A DNA stretch of 64,000 nt, from the IMG/VR virus record IMGVR_UViG_3300003320_000766; one strand, written 5' to 3'. This DNA comes from a virus. The position numbers and the translations under genes were made by a program. The notes under the pieces are model-generated. The model was not told the DNA's origin. It made no database searches and was given only the letters and a program-made list of their open reading frames with translations. Of this stretch, positions 35,455-44,136 are shown piece after piece. The stretch's first letter is position 1, and every line of letters starts with the position of its first letter.

Positions 35455-36495
35455 TTAAGGAATAACAGATGTTGTTTCTATTTTTTTACACACATAATTA
35501 CCAGAACCACCAGATGTATCCAATATATATCCTGCTGGGCAGGTGGCAATATCAATAGTCGTTCCTATATAGGTGGATGATCTGAATAAATAATTCAGAT
35601 CATTTATGGCTACTGCATTCACTATTTCTGTAGGTGTATTTTCTATAACTACTATGCAGGCCATATCACTTACAGAACCATCGCTTGTCGCCTGAAAGTT
35701 GATGTAGTTCGGTCCTGAAACTATATTTATTGGGAAAATATGTAACAAGTTAAAGTTACCTGTATCAGAGGCATTTGTTTTTTGAGCAACCAGATTGTCA
35801 TTTACTCTTATAGCAAATACATTATCTGCCGCTGCGCACACATATACAACTTTGGCTACTGGAGAATTAATTACAAATGTAAACTGTAATACTTTTCCTG
35901 CTGTTAAGCCATCTTTAACCCCATCGCAATCACTATCAATCCAGACACCATCTCTATTTACTGCCGATGCTGGCAAATTTGGCGCTCCAGTTAAACTACC
36001 GGCAGGACTACCCGCCCAAAAATTTGATGTAAGATGAGTGAAATTGGAATTATTTAAATCAACATCATAATTAAATGCTGACCAAAATTTAGCGCCATCG
36101 CCTCCGTATTCTGGGGACAAACGTGAACTGGCTATACAAAATCCAGTTGATTCTACTGTAGGCGTAGTGGTCAGTTCTCTATAACAATAAGTATGATCCG
36201 GAGATAAAGTCCATCCAGCTGGACAAGTTGGTGGAGGGGTAACAAACGCCTGTAAATCTCCTGTTCCACCACAATTGTTTACAGCTTTTACAGTATAACT
36301 TGTCTCATTAGCCAATCCAGTAATATTAACCGGCGCTGCCAATGTACCATCTGGATTTATTACTACTGAATTGGAAATTAATGTATAATTAGCGGGTATA
36401 TCCGCAGCTGATGTCAGCCTGTAACTAATAGTGCATGTTTGGGCCACTGATGGTGCCAATGTCCAGGTTACGCTTGTAATTGTTATTTTAGCCAT
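35455..36495 (-). CDS. FN3-like protein with inserted carbohydrate-binding-like (PA14-like) domain
   Basis: MAKITITSVTW..ITGLANETSYTVKAVNNCGG; AADNVFAIRVNDNLV; CPAGW/CPAGY motifs bracket the insert. Confidence 0.6.
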   Translation of the reverse strand: MAKITITSVTWTLAPSVAQTCTISYRLTSAADIPANYTLISNSVVINPDGTLAAPVNITGLANETSYTVKAVNNCGGTGDLQAFVTPPPTCPAGWTLSPDHTYCYRELTTTPTVESTGFCIASSRLSPEYGGDGAKFWSAFNYDVDLNNSNFTHLTSNFWAGSPAGSLTGAPNLPASAVNRDGVWIDSDCDGVKDGLTAGKVLQFTFVINSPVAKVVYVCAAADNVFAIRVNDNLVAQKTNASDTGNFNLLHIFPINIVSGPNYINFQATSDGSVSDMACIVVIENTPTEIVNAVAINDLNYLFRSSTYIGTTIDIATCPAGYILDTSGGSGNYVCKKIETTSVIP

Positions 36496-36815
36496 AGTTA
36501 AGAGTTGAATCCGGTTGAAAAACCCAATGTAAATCCAGCGGTATCTGGATTCTCTGAGCTAAATTCTTGATCGGCAAAATATCCACCACAGCTACTTATC
36601 ACCCGAACCGTATAGCTTTCTGTTAAATCTAATCCATCTATTACCACTGGAATAATAAAGCTCCCATCAATGTCAGCCAATGTATTTGTAGACACTATCA
36701 CATAATTTTCGTCAATATCCAAATCGCTTGTTTTTCTATATTTAACAGCAACTACCTTTGCTTCCTGAATACTCTCAGTCCAAGAAATCCCGTAGATTGT
36801 TATTTTAGCCATAGT
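36479..36815. repeat. 20-bp direct repeat ATTGTTATTTTAGCCATAGT (36479-36498, 36796-36815)
   Basis: Exact copies covering the start codons of two paralogs. Confidence 0.8.
36498..36812 (-). CDS. FN3-like small virion protein
   Basis: MAKITIYGISW..IDGLDLTESYTVRVISSCGG..GFTLGFSTGF; ATG 36812. Confidence 0.65.
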   Translation of the reverse strand: MAKITIYGISWTESIQEAKVVAVKYRKTSDLDIDENYVIVSTNTLADIDGSFIIPVVIDGLDLTESYTVRVISSCGGYFADQEFSSENPDTAGFTLGFSTGFNS

Positions 36816-36862
36816 CAAAAATAATTTGTTTTTTGATAGGTTTACTCAATTATTTCGCACAA

Positions 36863-37468
36863 TTATCTCTTCCTGTTTATATATTTGTAAATAAAAAACA
36901 AAAGAATAAACACTATCACAGAAATCGTTATTGCACCTGCAAAGTTGAATCTAAAAATATCCTTTTTTGTTGTCTTATTTTTTTCTGTGATAATATCAGA
37001 AACCTTCTTTGTCTCTTCACTTTTGCCCCTTTCAGTTGTTACTGTTTTTTTCCCTACAGCAACATTGATTGTCTTAGGTTTATTTATTGATTTAGTTTGA
37101 ACATCATATCCAATTACTCTACCCAAACTATCTCTTTTACTTTTGATGATGGTCTCTATTTTTTGTGAAATAGTTTCTATTATTTGCGAATAAGCTGTCG
37201 TATCAGTATTTAAAAAGGCTCCTTTAGCATTCAAAGTATCTCCGCGAACAAACACTTCTTTCTCACCAATTTCTTCTACATTAGTTATTTTTTCATACTC
37301 AACTGATTTACTGGAGGTGTCTATTTTTTCCTCGTGAATCGATTTTCTGGTTTGAGACTTTTTTAAAAAGGAACATGAGGTAATACAACCAAAAAGAAAT
37401 AATAAAACAAAACTGGCCGCAATTCTACTTGAAAAGCACGGCCAGTTGAAATTAATTTTAATATACAT
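36863..37468 (-). CDS. Unimolecular spanin (u-spanin) candidate
   Basis: N-terminal lipoprotein signal (FLFGC/ITSC) plus C-terminal TM helix and basic tail; located in the lysis cassette. Confidence 0.7.
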   Translation of the reverse strand: MYIKINFNWPCFSSRIAASFVLLFLFGCITSCSFLKKSQTRKSIHEEKIDTSSKSVEYEKITNVEEIGEKEVFVRGDTLNAKGAFLNTDTTAYSQIIETISQKIETIIKSKRDSLGRVIGYDVQTKSINKPKTINVAVGKKTVTTERGKSEETKKVSDIITEKNKTTKKDIFRFNFAGAITISVIVFILLFFIYKYINRKR

Positions 37469-37478
37469 CTGCTTGTTT

Positions 37479-37868
37479 TTAGAATCTTTTTATTCTATTA
37501 CTATCTATCGTATCATACAATGTGTCTCCATTTGGATACACATAATACCTCCAGTATACCTTATATCCGTCTCCCTTTACAGGAAACCATTGATCAATTC
37601 TACCTGTAATCCTTCTCTTGAACTTTTGATTATATATTGAATCGATAATAGGTGTAACACTGTCTTGTTTCATCTTCACCTTATACACTTCATCTTTTAA
37701 CACCCTTACAAAACTATCAACAACAGGAGCAGCAGTAGACTCCACTATTTGTTTCAATAAAACACTATCCGGAATAGTGTCAGGACATGTGGGACATATA
37801 TTTATTCTTGTCGAAGCCCCACTAAAGTTTACCCAAAAAAATATAATAAGAAACACACTATTTTTCAT
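37479..37868 (-). CDS. Exported protein in lysis cassette
   Basis: MKNSVFLIIFFWVNFSGA signal-like N-terminus. Confidence 0.55.
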   Translation of the reverse strand: MKNSVFLIIFFWVNFSGASTRINICPTCPDTIPDSVLLKQIVESTAAPVVDSFVRVLKDEVYKVKMKQDSVTPIIDSIYNQKFKRRITGRIDQWFPVKGDGYKVYWRYYVYPNGDTLYDTIDSNRIKRF

Positions 37869-38191
37869 ATTGTTTTTTTTAAGGTATCTGCCTTAATAGA
37901 CAGAGTATCTACTGATTTCTTATACTCTCTAACATCTTGTATGATAGGAGCGGTGCGTTCCTTCAAATTTTCTTTCAAATATTCGTTTACCATCCCCCTT
38001 AGTTCTTCTTCCCTTTTTTCAGACCGTTCCCGTTCCCGATCCTTATCCTTTACTCTTGAAAATATGCAGTTCAATAAAATGAGCAACAAAATAGATGCCG
38101 TAGCCCAACCTCCTTTTAACCCCCAAAGAAATATTTGTGGCCGCTTCCCTCGTGGTATATTATGATCGTCCATTTCTTGTCTTAACGACAT
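37865..38191 (-). CDS. Single-TM coiled-coil protein (holin/antiholin-like)
   Basis: GGWATASILLLILLNCIF then a charged helix. Confidence 0.55.
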   Translation of the reverse strand: MSLRQEMDDHNIPRGKRPQIFLWGLKGGWATASILLLILLNCIFSRVKDKDRERERSEKREEELRGMVNEYLKENLKERTAPIIQDVREYKKSVDTLSIKADTLKKTI

Positions 38192-38194
38192 CAG

Positions 38195-38632
38195 CTACCG
38201 GTTTTTTTTCTTGGTTAATAGGATGGGTTTTATTTTCATAAACAGCACGATCATGGGCCTCCAAAACCTAATATCAAAGATATACAATCGTTTGCTTAAA
38301 TATGTAAAAATTTTATCTAACCATAATTCTTCTTTAAACACCAAAATAGCACACACCCCTGCCGTTATATATTCATTATACCCTCCCCCCAATGGTGTTC
38401 CAAACCACTCATCCAACATGTCTATGCTGTGGAAGCTAAGCAACACCCATGCAATTTTTTTAAGCCAATAATCTGATGTGATCATGCCTAATTTCAAAAT
38501 AGCGGCAGCAAGCAAAACATCTTTTAATGTCATACCCCACATAAAAAAATCCTCCCAAGTCACTTTCCATATCTGGTAGGCAACAAGGGAGGTGAACAAA
38601 GCAGAAATACAAAGTATCCTAGCAGATTTCAT
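38195..38632 (-). CDS. Multi-TM membrane protein (holin candidate)
   Basis: About 4 hydrophobic segments, basic C-terminus. Confidence 0.5.
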   Translation of the reverse strand: MKSARILCISALFTSLVAYQIWKVTWEDFFMWGMTLKDVLLAAAILKLGMITSDYWLKKIAWVLLSFHSIDMLDEWFGTPLGGGYNEYITAGVCAILVFKEELWLDKIFTYLSKRLYIFDIRFWRPMIVLFMKIKPILLTKKKNR

Positions 38633-38639
38633 TAAGAAT

Positions 38640-38759
38640 TTATCTTGGATGTCGTGGCCGATCTCCTATTTCCGAAAGTATTTTCGCAGCAGTTCGCGAT
38701 TTACTCCCTTTAAATAAAATAGATATAGAGGCCCTAATGCGTAATAAGAAATTTTTCAT
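38640..38759 (-). CDS. 39-aa basic peptide in lysis cassette
   Basis: Manually read MKNFLLRIRASISILFKGSKSRTAAKILSEIGDRPRHPR; fills the gap exactly. Confidence 0.45.
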   Translation of the reverse strand: MKNFLLRIRASISILFKGSKSRTAAKILSEIGDRPRHPR

Positions 38760-38761
38760 GG

Positions 38762-39004
38762 TTATCTTTTTAATTGATCTTCATTTATATCTACACCTAT
38801 CATTCGGGATAATCCCCAAACAACAAAGTCTAACCCTTTTAAATAAGCACCGATTCTAACTTTCATGTTATCTGGTATACCTGGGTCCGATACAATAATC
38901 ATAGTTGCTGCGGTGGTCAATAAAAATACGACACGAAAGGTCCATGTCGCCCACATAGGTGTTGGCTTCTGAATACTAATTACTGTTTTTGTTTCTTCGT
39001 TCAT
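38762..39004 (-). CDS. Small 2-TM protein (holin candidate)
   Basis: 80 aa, two hydrophobic helices, first gene after the fibre. Confidence 0.55.
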   Translation of the reverse strand: MNEETKTVISIQKPTPMWATWTFRVVFLLTTAATMIIVSDPGIPDNMKVRIGAYLKGLDFVVWGLSRMIGVDINEDQLKR

Positions 39005-39018
39005 ATAAAAGGTTTTTA

Positions 39019-42000
39019 TTAGTCTATTTTACTCATTACATACCACACTCCAGGCGATAAACATTTGATACGCACAGCAGACCATTGATTGGTCAATACA
39101 AAGCCGGATGTAGAACCATCTATTGTTCCACTACTTGTTACTAACACCGTGATTGTTGCAGCTGCACTATTTATTTTTTTAAATTCAAATTCTCTACCAG
39201 CTTCTCCGGCAGGTATGGTAAGGGTAATATTGCTGGTGTTATTACAAATAAAAGTATGTTCATCACTACCGCCTACGCTTGCAGTAGCAGTTACTTGTTT
39301 GATGCCAGTTCCTGATCTTCCTGTGTTTATTATAGAAGTAACTGTTAATGCAGTACCTGTTATATCACCCGAAGAACCCGCCTGGAATGTTCCGTTAGCA
39401 TTAATAAATAATGTACCTCTTATTCCGCCGTTTACATCTAACGGATAAGTAGGCACCATATTCAAACCTATACTATTATTAAATCTAAAGTATGGACTTC
39501 CGCTACCTGTTAGTGAGAATGTAGTATTGCCAGTATTACCTGTAACAATGCCCATATAATTTGATGCATCATAAGCATTTCTGAATTGTTCAGTAGTAGA
39601 TGTTGCTGTAACCTTTCCAGTATTTATGCCAAGCGTTGTAGTATTACCTGCGGTTACCACCTGATCTAATGTTGGAGTTGTTGGTGTAAAATATTCCAAT
39701 GCAGTTGCTCCTGAGTTTACCCTTATTTGCTGTAAAGACGTGCCAATAGTACTTAACCCAGTTCCTCCGCGAGCTATGGGAAATATACCACTGGTTATTT
39801 TGGCAGCATCTAAATTAGGGATATCTGTAGTGACTATACTACGATATTCGGGCTTACCAGCTGGTCCAGCCACCCTAAATTGCCCAAATACTCCTGGAGT
39901 TAGCGCCGCAATATTTCCAGTCGCACTATCTCTATAATATTCATTGTATTTTACATCACTCCCGAAATTAAATCTTACAGTGCCATTAAATATTGTAGTT
40001 CCGTCATTTCTTAATGTTCCTAAGTTTAGGATATCAGCTGTTTGTGGGGACCCAGCATATGCTGCGCTGTTTCTTATAAAGTTTCCTTTAACAGTGTTGC
40101 TATCATATCTGGCCAACACTAGGCTTTCTTTTGCCAAATATTCCCAGATGGCTCCATTTGTTATTGCGGCTTTATCTACATCTGTGTCGTACACAAGAGC
40201 ACCTTTTACCCTTCTTATACCGGTATTAGGAAGTGTACTGGTCGTATAATTTGCTAATACTGTTGGTATTCTTAATCTTATTACTCCAGTCAGGCTATCT
40301 CCCACATATAAATCTTGTACAGTTGTACTGTTTGTTGCAGATATTCTGGCTATTGCCGCATTATATGTTATAGTAAAGGGTGGTATAGCGTACCCGCTCG
40401 TTCCAGCAGAAAATCCTACACTTGATGTTGTTAAGCCATTATTTGCGATTGAAAACACTTCGTTTGAACCAATCGTAGGACCATTCTGTACACTTACTAT
40501 TTTCCCTAAGCTACCTGTATATGAAACTTCTGGATAAATAATTAATCCCTTGGTGATAGAACTATTTAATGCTCTTAATCCTATTAAATAAGAGCCAGTT
40601 AAAGATGTATTTGCCGCACCACCTCGCGTTACTTTTGATATTACAGTATCGACATTTCCTACTGTTGCATTTATTGTAGGTGTATTTACACTTTTATCTG
40701 CATATACTCCGCTGGTGAAAAATGTTTCGATATCGTAATATTGTGTTGCTGGACGTAACGCACTAAACCAAGCAGATTGACCTTGCGTTTGTGTCAAACT
40801 TCCAGTAGGCGTATTCATTAGAAGTATAGGAGTAGCCCCATATTTCAAGGCCGTATCCTTCATCCATTTTAAATTATCTAACCATTGTTGCTGACTGACT
40901 TTGCCATCGACATCTGTTCCGGCTGCGTATGGGTCTGTACTACTAAAATTCCATGTGGTATTAGTATTATCACCAACAAAACTGGAACTATTCGCATCAT
41001 TTATATAAAATTCTATGTAAACAAATTTTGGATTATATGTTGTTAACCACGATTTGAAAAAATATTTTCCCCAGGCGCTCGTCATACCTCCGCGACCCAC
41101 GTTGATAATATCGCTTGCATTTCCTCCATCAGCAACCCATCTGGCCTTAAATCGTTCAGGAGATGATCTGAAAAACACGCCGCCATTCAAGTAATGCTGT
41201 GTCCAACTATCTCCCACAAATAATATTTTTCCCCCCGTGTATACCTTTGAAATGGTGTCCAAATCTGTTTGATACCATACAGTTGTACCAACGCGAATAG
41301 CAGTATTTTGAACATCCCCGGTTACTACTCGTAATGTTCCTGTAGACGCTCCACTATAATTATATGTTAATTTCTGAACACCACCACGAACTGTATCAGT
41401 GCGTTTTAAAACGCCATCCAGATAAAATAACACTTTTGCAAACCCAGGTAAGTTTCTATTAACACCAATCCACGTTTCCAGGTAACCATTTTTCTTTCCC
41501 AGATTAACTTGCCATTCTCCTCCTCTATCAGCAACGCCACCTTGTTGAATTATTAAATGCATGGTGGCGCGTTGAGAGTAATTTATAGTAGTAGTAGTTA
41601 TAGAAAATAGCTGAGGAATCGTTGTAGACGGAATAAAGCCTCCTTGTGTAGCGCCATTTATTGCTGTAAATGGAACAGCTGGATTATCCTCCGGATAAAA
41701 TGAGTAAAGTTTATAGTCTTTAGATGATAAGTTTTTATGATAATCATAAATATTATCGGCATATCCCCTATATCCATAATCGGTCATGTGCTGCCCTTGA
41801 TAGGAGCTCCACATGAATTTTATTGTATCATTGACTAAATTATATTTGAGGGGTCTATCTATATCGTATACATTTCCTGCTTGTCTAACAACCAGAAAGC
41901 TAAAATAATGATTGCCTGTTTTATCGAATGCAGCCGCAGCATAAAATGGAGTAAAATCAGCTGTTCCCGTACCTCCAGTTACTGTAAAAGTAGTATCTCC

Positions 42001-42627
42001 TGCGTTACCATTTACGATTAAATATTTTAGGTCTGGATTTGTGATGTTGGGAATATCTGCTGATATGGCATAATCCCATGCCTGTATCCAACTGGCTGTA
42101 AGTTTTCCGGTCGGACTAAGCACATAGCGTTGATCACTCTCACCCTTAATGTAATAATCCATGTTAATGGGAGATTCTACATCATTGGTATTTGTAAAAT
42201 ATAGTGTATCGTTTGATCTTCTTACAGACTTTAATGCCAGTTGTACATATCGTTGATCACTTTCCGCTTTACTATAGTAATCCATTTTAACAGGAGATTC
42301 TACATCATTTGTATTTTTGAAATACAATGTGTCATTTGATCTCCTCACTGATTTCAAAGCCAACTGAGGATCACTATTTATTCTTTTCCATGCATATACG
42401 TCTTTAATATATAATCCATCATTCGGCTTATATATTATGGCCCCTATTGAATCCATATTACTGTATCCAACAGAGCCGGTAGTATCCCTTATGGGAATAT
42501 TTAATGAGATTTTGGCACGTAGTCTTTGGTTATCAAAATTGCCTTGGGGTTGCCAATTAACATTTTGACCCATAATAAAATTTGATAGGAGAAGAAAACT
42601 CCAAAATAAAATGATCTGCTTTCTCAT
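39019..42627 (-). CDS. Large fibre-like protein with Sec signal peptide and SGNH/GDSL esterase domain
   Basis: ATG 42627 MRKQIILFWSFLLLSNFIMG/Q; FVGDSW, VGRGG and EFYINDA SGNH blocks; FPIARGGTG fibre motif; fibre C-terminal module. Confidence 0.7.
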   Translation of the reverse strand: MRKQIILFWSFLLLSNFIMGQNVNWQPQGNFDNQRLRAKISLNIPIRDTTGSVGYSNMDSIGAIIYKPNDGLYIKDVYAWKRINSDPQLALKSVRRSNDTLYFKNTNDVESPVKMDYYSKAESDQRYVQLALKSVRRSNDTLYFTNTNDVESPINMDYYIKGESDQRYVLSPTGKLTASWIQAWDYAISADIPNITNPDLKYLIVNGNAGDTTFTVTGGTGTADFTPFYAAAAFDKTGNHYFSFLVVRQAGNVYDIDRPLKYNLVNDTIKFMWSSYQGQHMTDYGYRGYADNIYDYHKNLSSKDYKLYSFYPEDNPAVPFTAINGATQGGFIPSTTIPQLFSITTTTINYSQRATMHLIIQQGGVADRGGEWQVNLGKKNGYLETWIGVNRNLPGFAKVLFYLDGVLKRTDTVRGGVQKLTYNYSGASTGTLRVVTGDVQNTAIRVGTTVWYQTDLDTISKVYTGGKILFVGDSWTQHYLNGGVFFRSSPERFKARWVADGGNASDIINVGRGGMTSAWGKYFFKSWLTTYNPKFVYIEFYINDANSSSFVGDNTNTTWNFSSTDPYAAGTDVDGKVSQQQWLDNLKWMKDTALKYGATPILLMNTPTGSLTQTQGQSAWFSALRPATQYYDIETFFTSGVYADKSVNTPTINATVGNVDTVISKVTRGGAANTSLTGSYLIGLRALNSSITKGLIIYPEVSYTGSLGKIVSVQNGPTIGSNEVFSIANNGLTTSSVGFSAGTSGYAIPPFTITYNAAIARISATNSTTVQDLYVGDSLTGVIRLRIPTVLANYTTSTLPNTGIRRVKGALVYDTDVDKAAITNGAIWEYLAKESLVLARYDSNTVKGNFIRNSAAYAGSPQTADILNLGTLRNDGTTIFNGTVRFNFGSDVKYNEYYRDSATGNIAALTPGVFGQFRVAGPAGKPEYRSIVTTDIPNLDAAKITSGIFPIARGGTGLSTIGTSLQQIRVNSGATALEYFTPTTPTLDQVVTAGNTTTLGINTGKVTATSTTEQFRNAYDASNYMGIVTGNTGNTTFSLTGSGSPYFRFNNSIGLNMVPTYPLDVNGGIRGTLFINANGTFQAGSSGDITGTALTVTSIINTGRSGTGIKQVTATASVGGSDEHTFICNNTSNITLTIPAGEAGREFEFKKINSAAATITVLVTSSGTIDGSTSGFVLTNQWSAVRIKCLSPGVWYVMSKID
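42121..42366 (-). repeat. Tandem 123-bp (41-aa) duplication
   Basis: QLALKSVRRSNDTLYF.NTNDVESP..MDYY.K.ESDQRYV twice (42244-42366, 42121-42243) with many synonymous changes. Confidence 0.9.
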
Positions 42628-43301
42628 TGATTTTTGTATGATGTGAGAGATGTATACCAAGTACTTCCGTCAAGTCTTTTACTTTCTCCGATATTACTTG
42701 GCATATCGGTTAAATTATTAAATCGTATAATTACGTTCAAAGGATATTGAAATGATAACGGATAATTGGTGTTTAAGAACTCATTATTTATGTCTCCACT
42801 TTCTATTGGATCATCATTTTCTACGACAATTAAAGATGAAGAAGTAATTCCATCATTGAAATACATAATTATTGGTTGCGGAAATATTTCTGTCCAGATG
42901 ATCAGATTACCTCCTTCTCTCAGTTGGCTTGCGGTTCCATTTACATTAATAAATGTAATGTTAGTATTCCACACATGATCATTAGTAGCTCTTACATATA
43001 TCAGCAATTTATTTCCAGGACGTACTGCTGAAGGAAAGGTCATTGTTCTATCTACAGAAATGCTGTCGCAAACTATTATGGAATCTTGTATATCATTCAT
43101 TCCAGATATTGACTGAAATTCCACCGCGTAATTAGCGTCATTTGTACGAACAGCTTTATAAAAATCGAGTATTCTTCTATAGAAGAAATCTGCTGTATCA
43201 GTACTTACTTGCCTAACATCTGTTTCTGATATCTCTCTGGATGAGTTGTTAGGATACTTAGCTATTATGTCAGCGATTAGCTCCTGGTAATTATCGTACA
43301 T
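42624..43301 (-). CDS. Virion protein with fibre-anchor N-terminus
   Basis: LIADIIAKYPNNSSREISETDVR resembles the N-terminus of the 765-aa tailspike. Confidence 0.55.
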   Translation of the reverse strand: MYDNYQELIADIIAKYPNNSSREISETDVRQVSTDTADFFYRRILDFYKAVRTNDANYAVEFQSISGMNDIQDSIIVCDSISVDRTMTFPSAVRPGNKLLIYVRATNDHVWNTNITFINVNGTASQLREGGNLIIWTEIFPQPIIMYFNDGITSSSLIVVENDDPIESGDINNEFLNTNYPLSFQYPLNVIIRFNNLTDMPSNIGESKRLDGSTWYTSLTSYKNQ

Positions 43302-43316
43302 CTGAAATTATTTTTA

Positions 43317-44132
43317 TTAATTCGCAGCAACTTCAATACTTTCTGTATCGCCTAAGTTATCTTGGCCAACTCCACAGATATTATATACAGTAACTTGATA
43401 ATTATACACGACACTTCCTCGTGGTAATGGTATATCCACATGACCAGAAGTTACAGCCTGAGTCAAAGTACTATTTGTATTCGTAGTGGTATTATTTATA
43501 TATACTTTGACAGTGGAAGTATATCCTCCAAGAACAAACCTCATTGTTCTTTCTTGAGAAGTTAGTGATATTTGTGAAACATCTTGTATTGAAGGAGCTC
43601 CGCATATACTTGGATCACTTACTTCTACCAATACCTCACTCATAAAATCACTTATCCATTCTGTATCTATATTACAGATAGATGCTATGGTGAATGTATA
43701 ATCGCCATAATTATTTGGAGGTATCGGAATCGTTAATTGATTGGTCTGATCAGCAACATAATCAGTTTGCGAAGAACCGCCGTTAGGATAACTTATTTTC
43801 AGCCTGAATCTTCCTACAGTAGTTGGTAATGAATATTGAACTATAAAGTTTCCACTCTGTCTGTATACATTTAATCCCAAAGGTGGTTTACACGGTCTCG
43901 AATAAAAAATGGCACTATTTTCTGATTCACTTCCATCCGCACAAATAGTTACGACATATACTTCATAGGTATATGCATCTATCCCAATGATAGAGGTTTC
44001 TGTATATGCACCCGGAGTTGCATTTATTTCTTGGCCTCCAGCCCAAGGATCATTAGTTCCCTTCTTTCGATAGTAAACTTTATATTTTGGAGCGCCGGTA
44101 TTTGTAATTTTTATTAATAGACTGGTAGCCAT
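43317..44132 (-). CDS. Tandem FN3/Ig-like virion protein
   Basis: ATG 44132; YKVYYRKKG..YEVYVVTIC and two further beta-sandwich repeats. Confidence 0.6.
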   Translation of the reverse strand: MATSLLIKITNTGAPKYKVYYRKKGTNDPWAGGQEINATPGAYTETSIIGIDAYTYEVYVVTICADGSESENSAIFYSRPCKPPLGLNVYRQSGNFIVQYSLPTTVGRFRLKISYPNGGSSQTDYVADQTNQLTIPIPPNNYGDYTFTIASICNIDTEWISDFMSEVLVEVSDPSICGAPSIQDVSQISLTSQERTMRFVLGGYTSTVKVYINNTTTNTNSTLTQAVTSGHVDIPLPRGSVVYNYQVTVYNICGVGQDNLGDTESIEVAAN

Positions 44133-44136
44133 AAAA

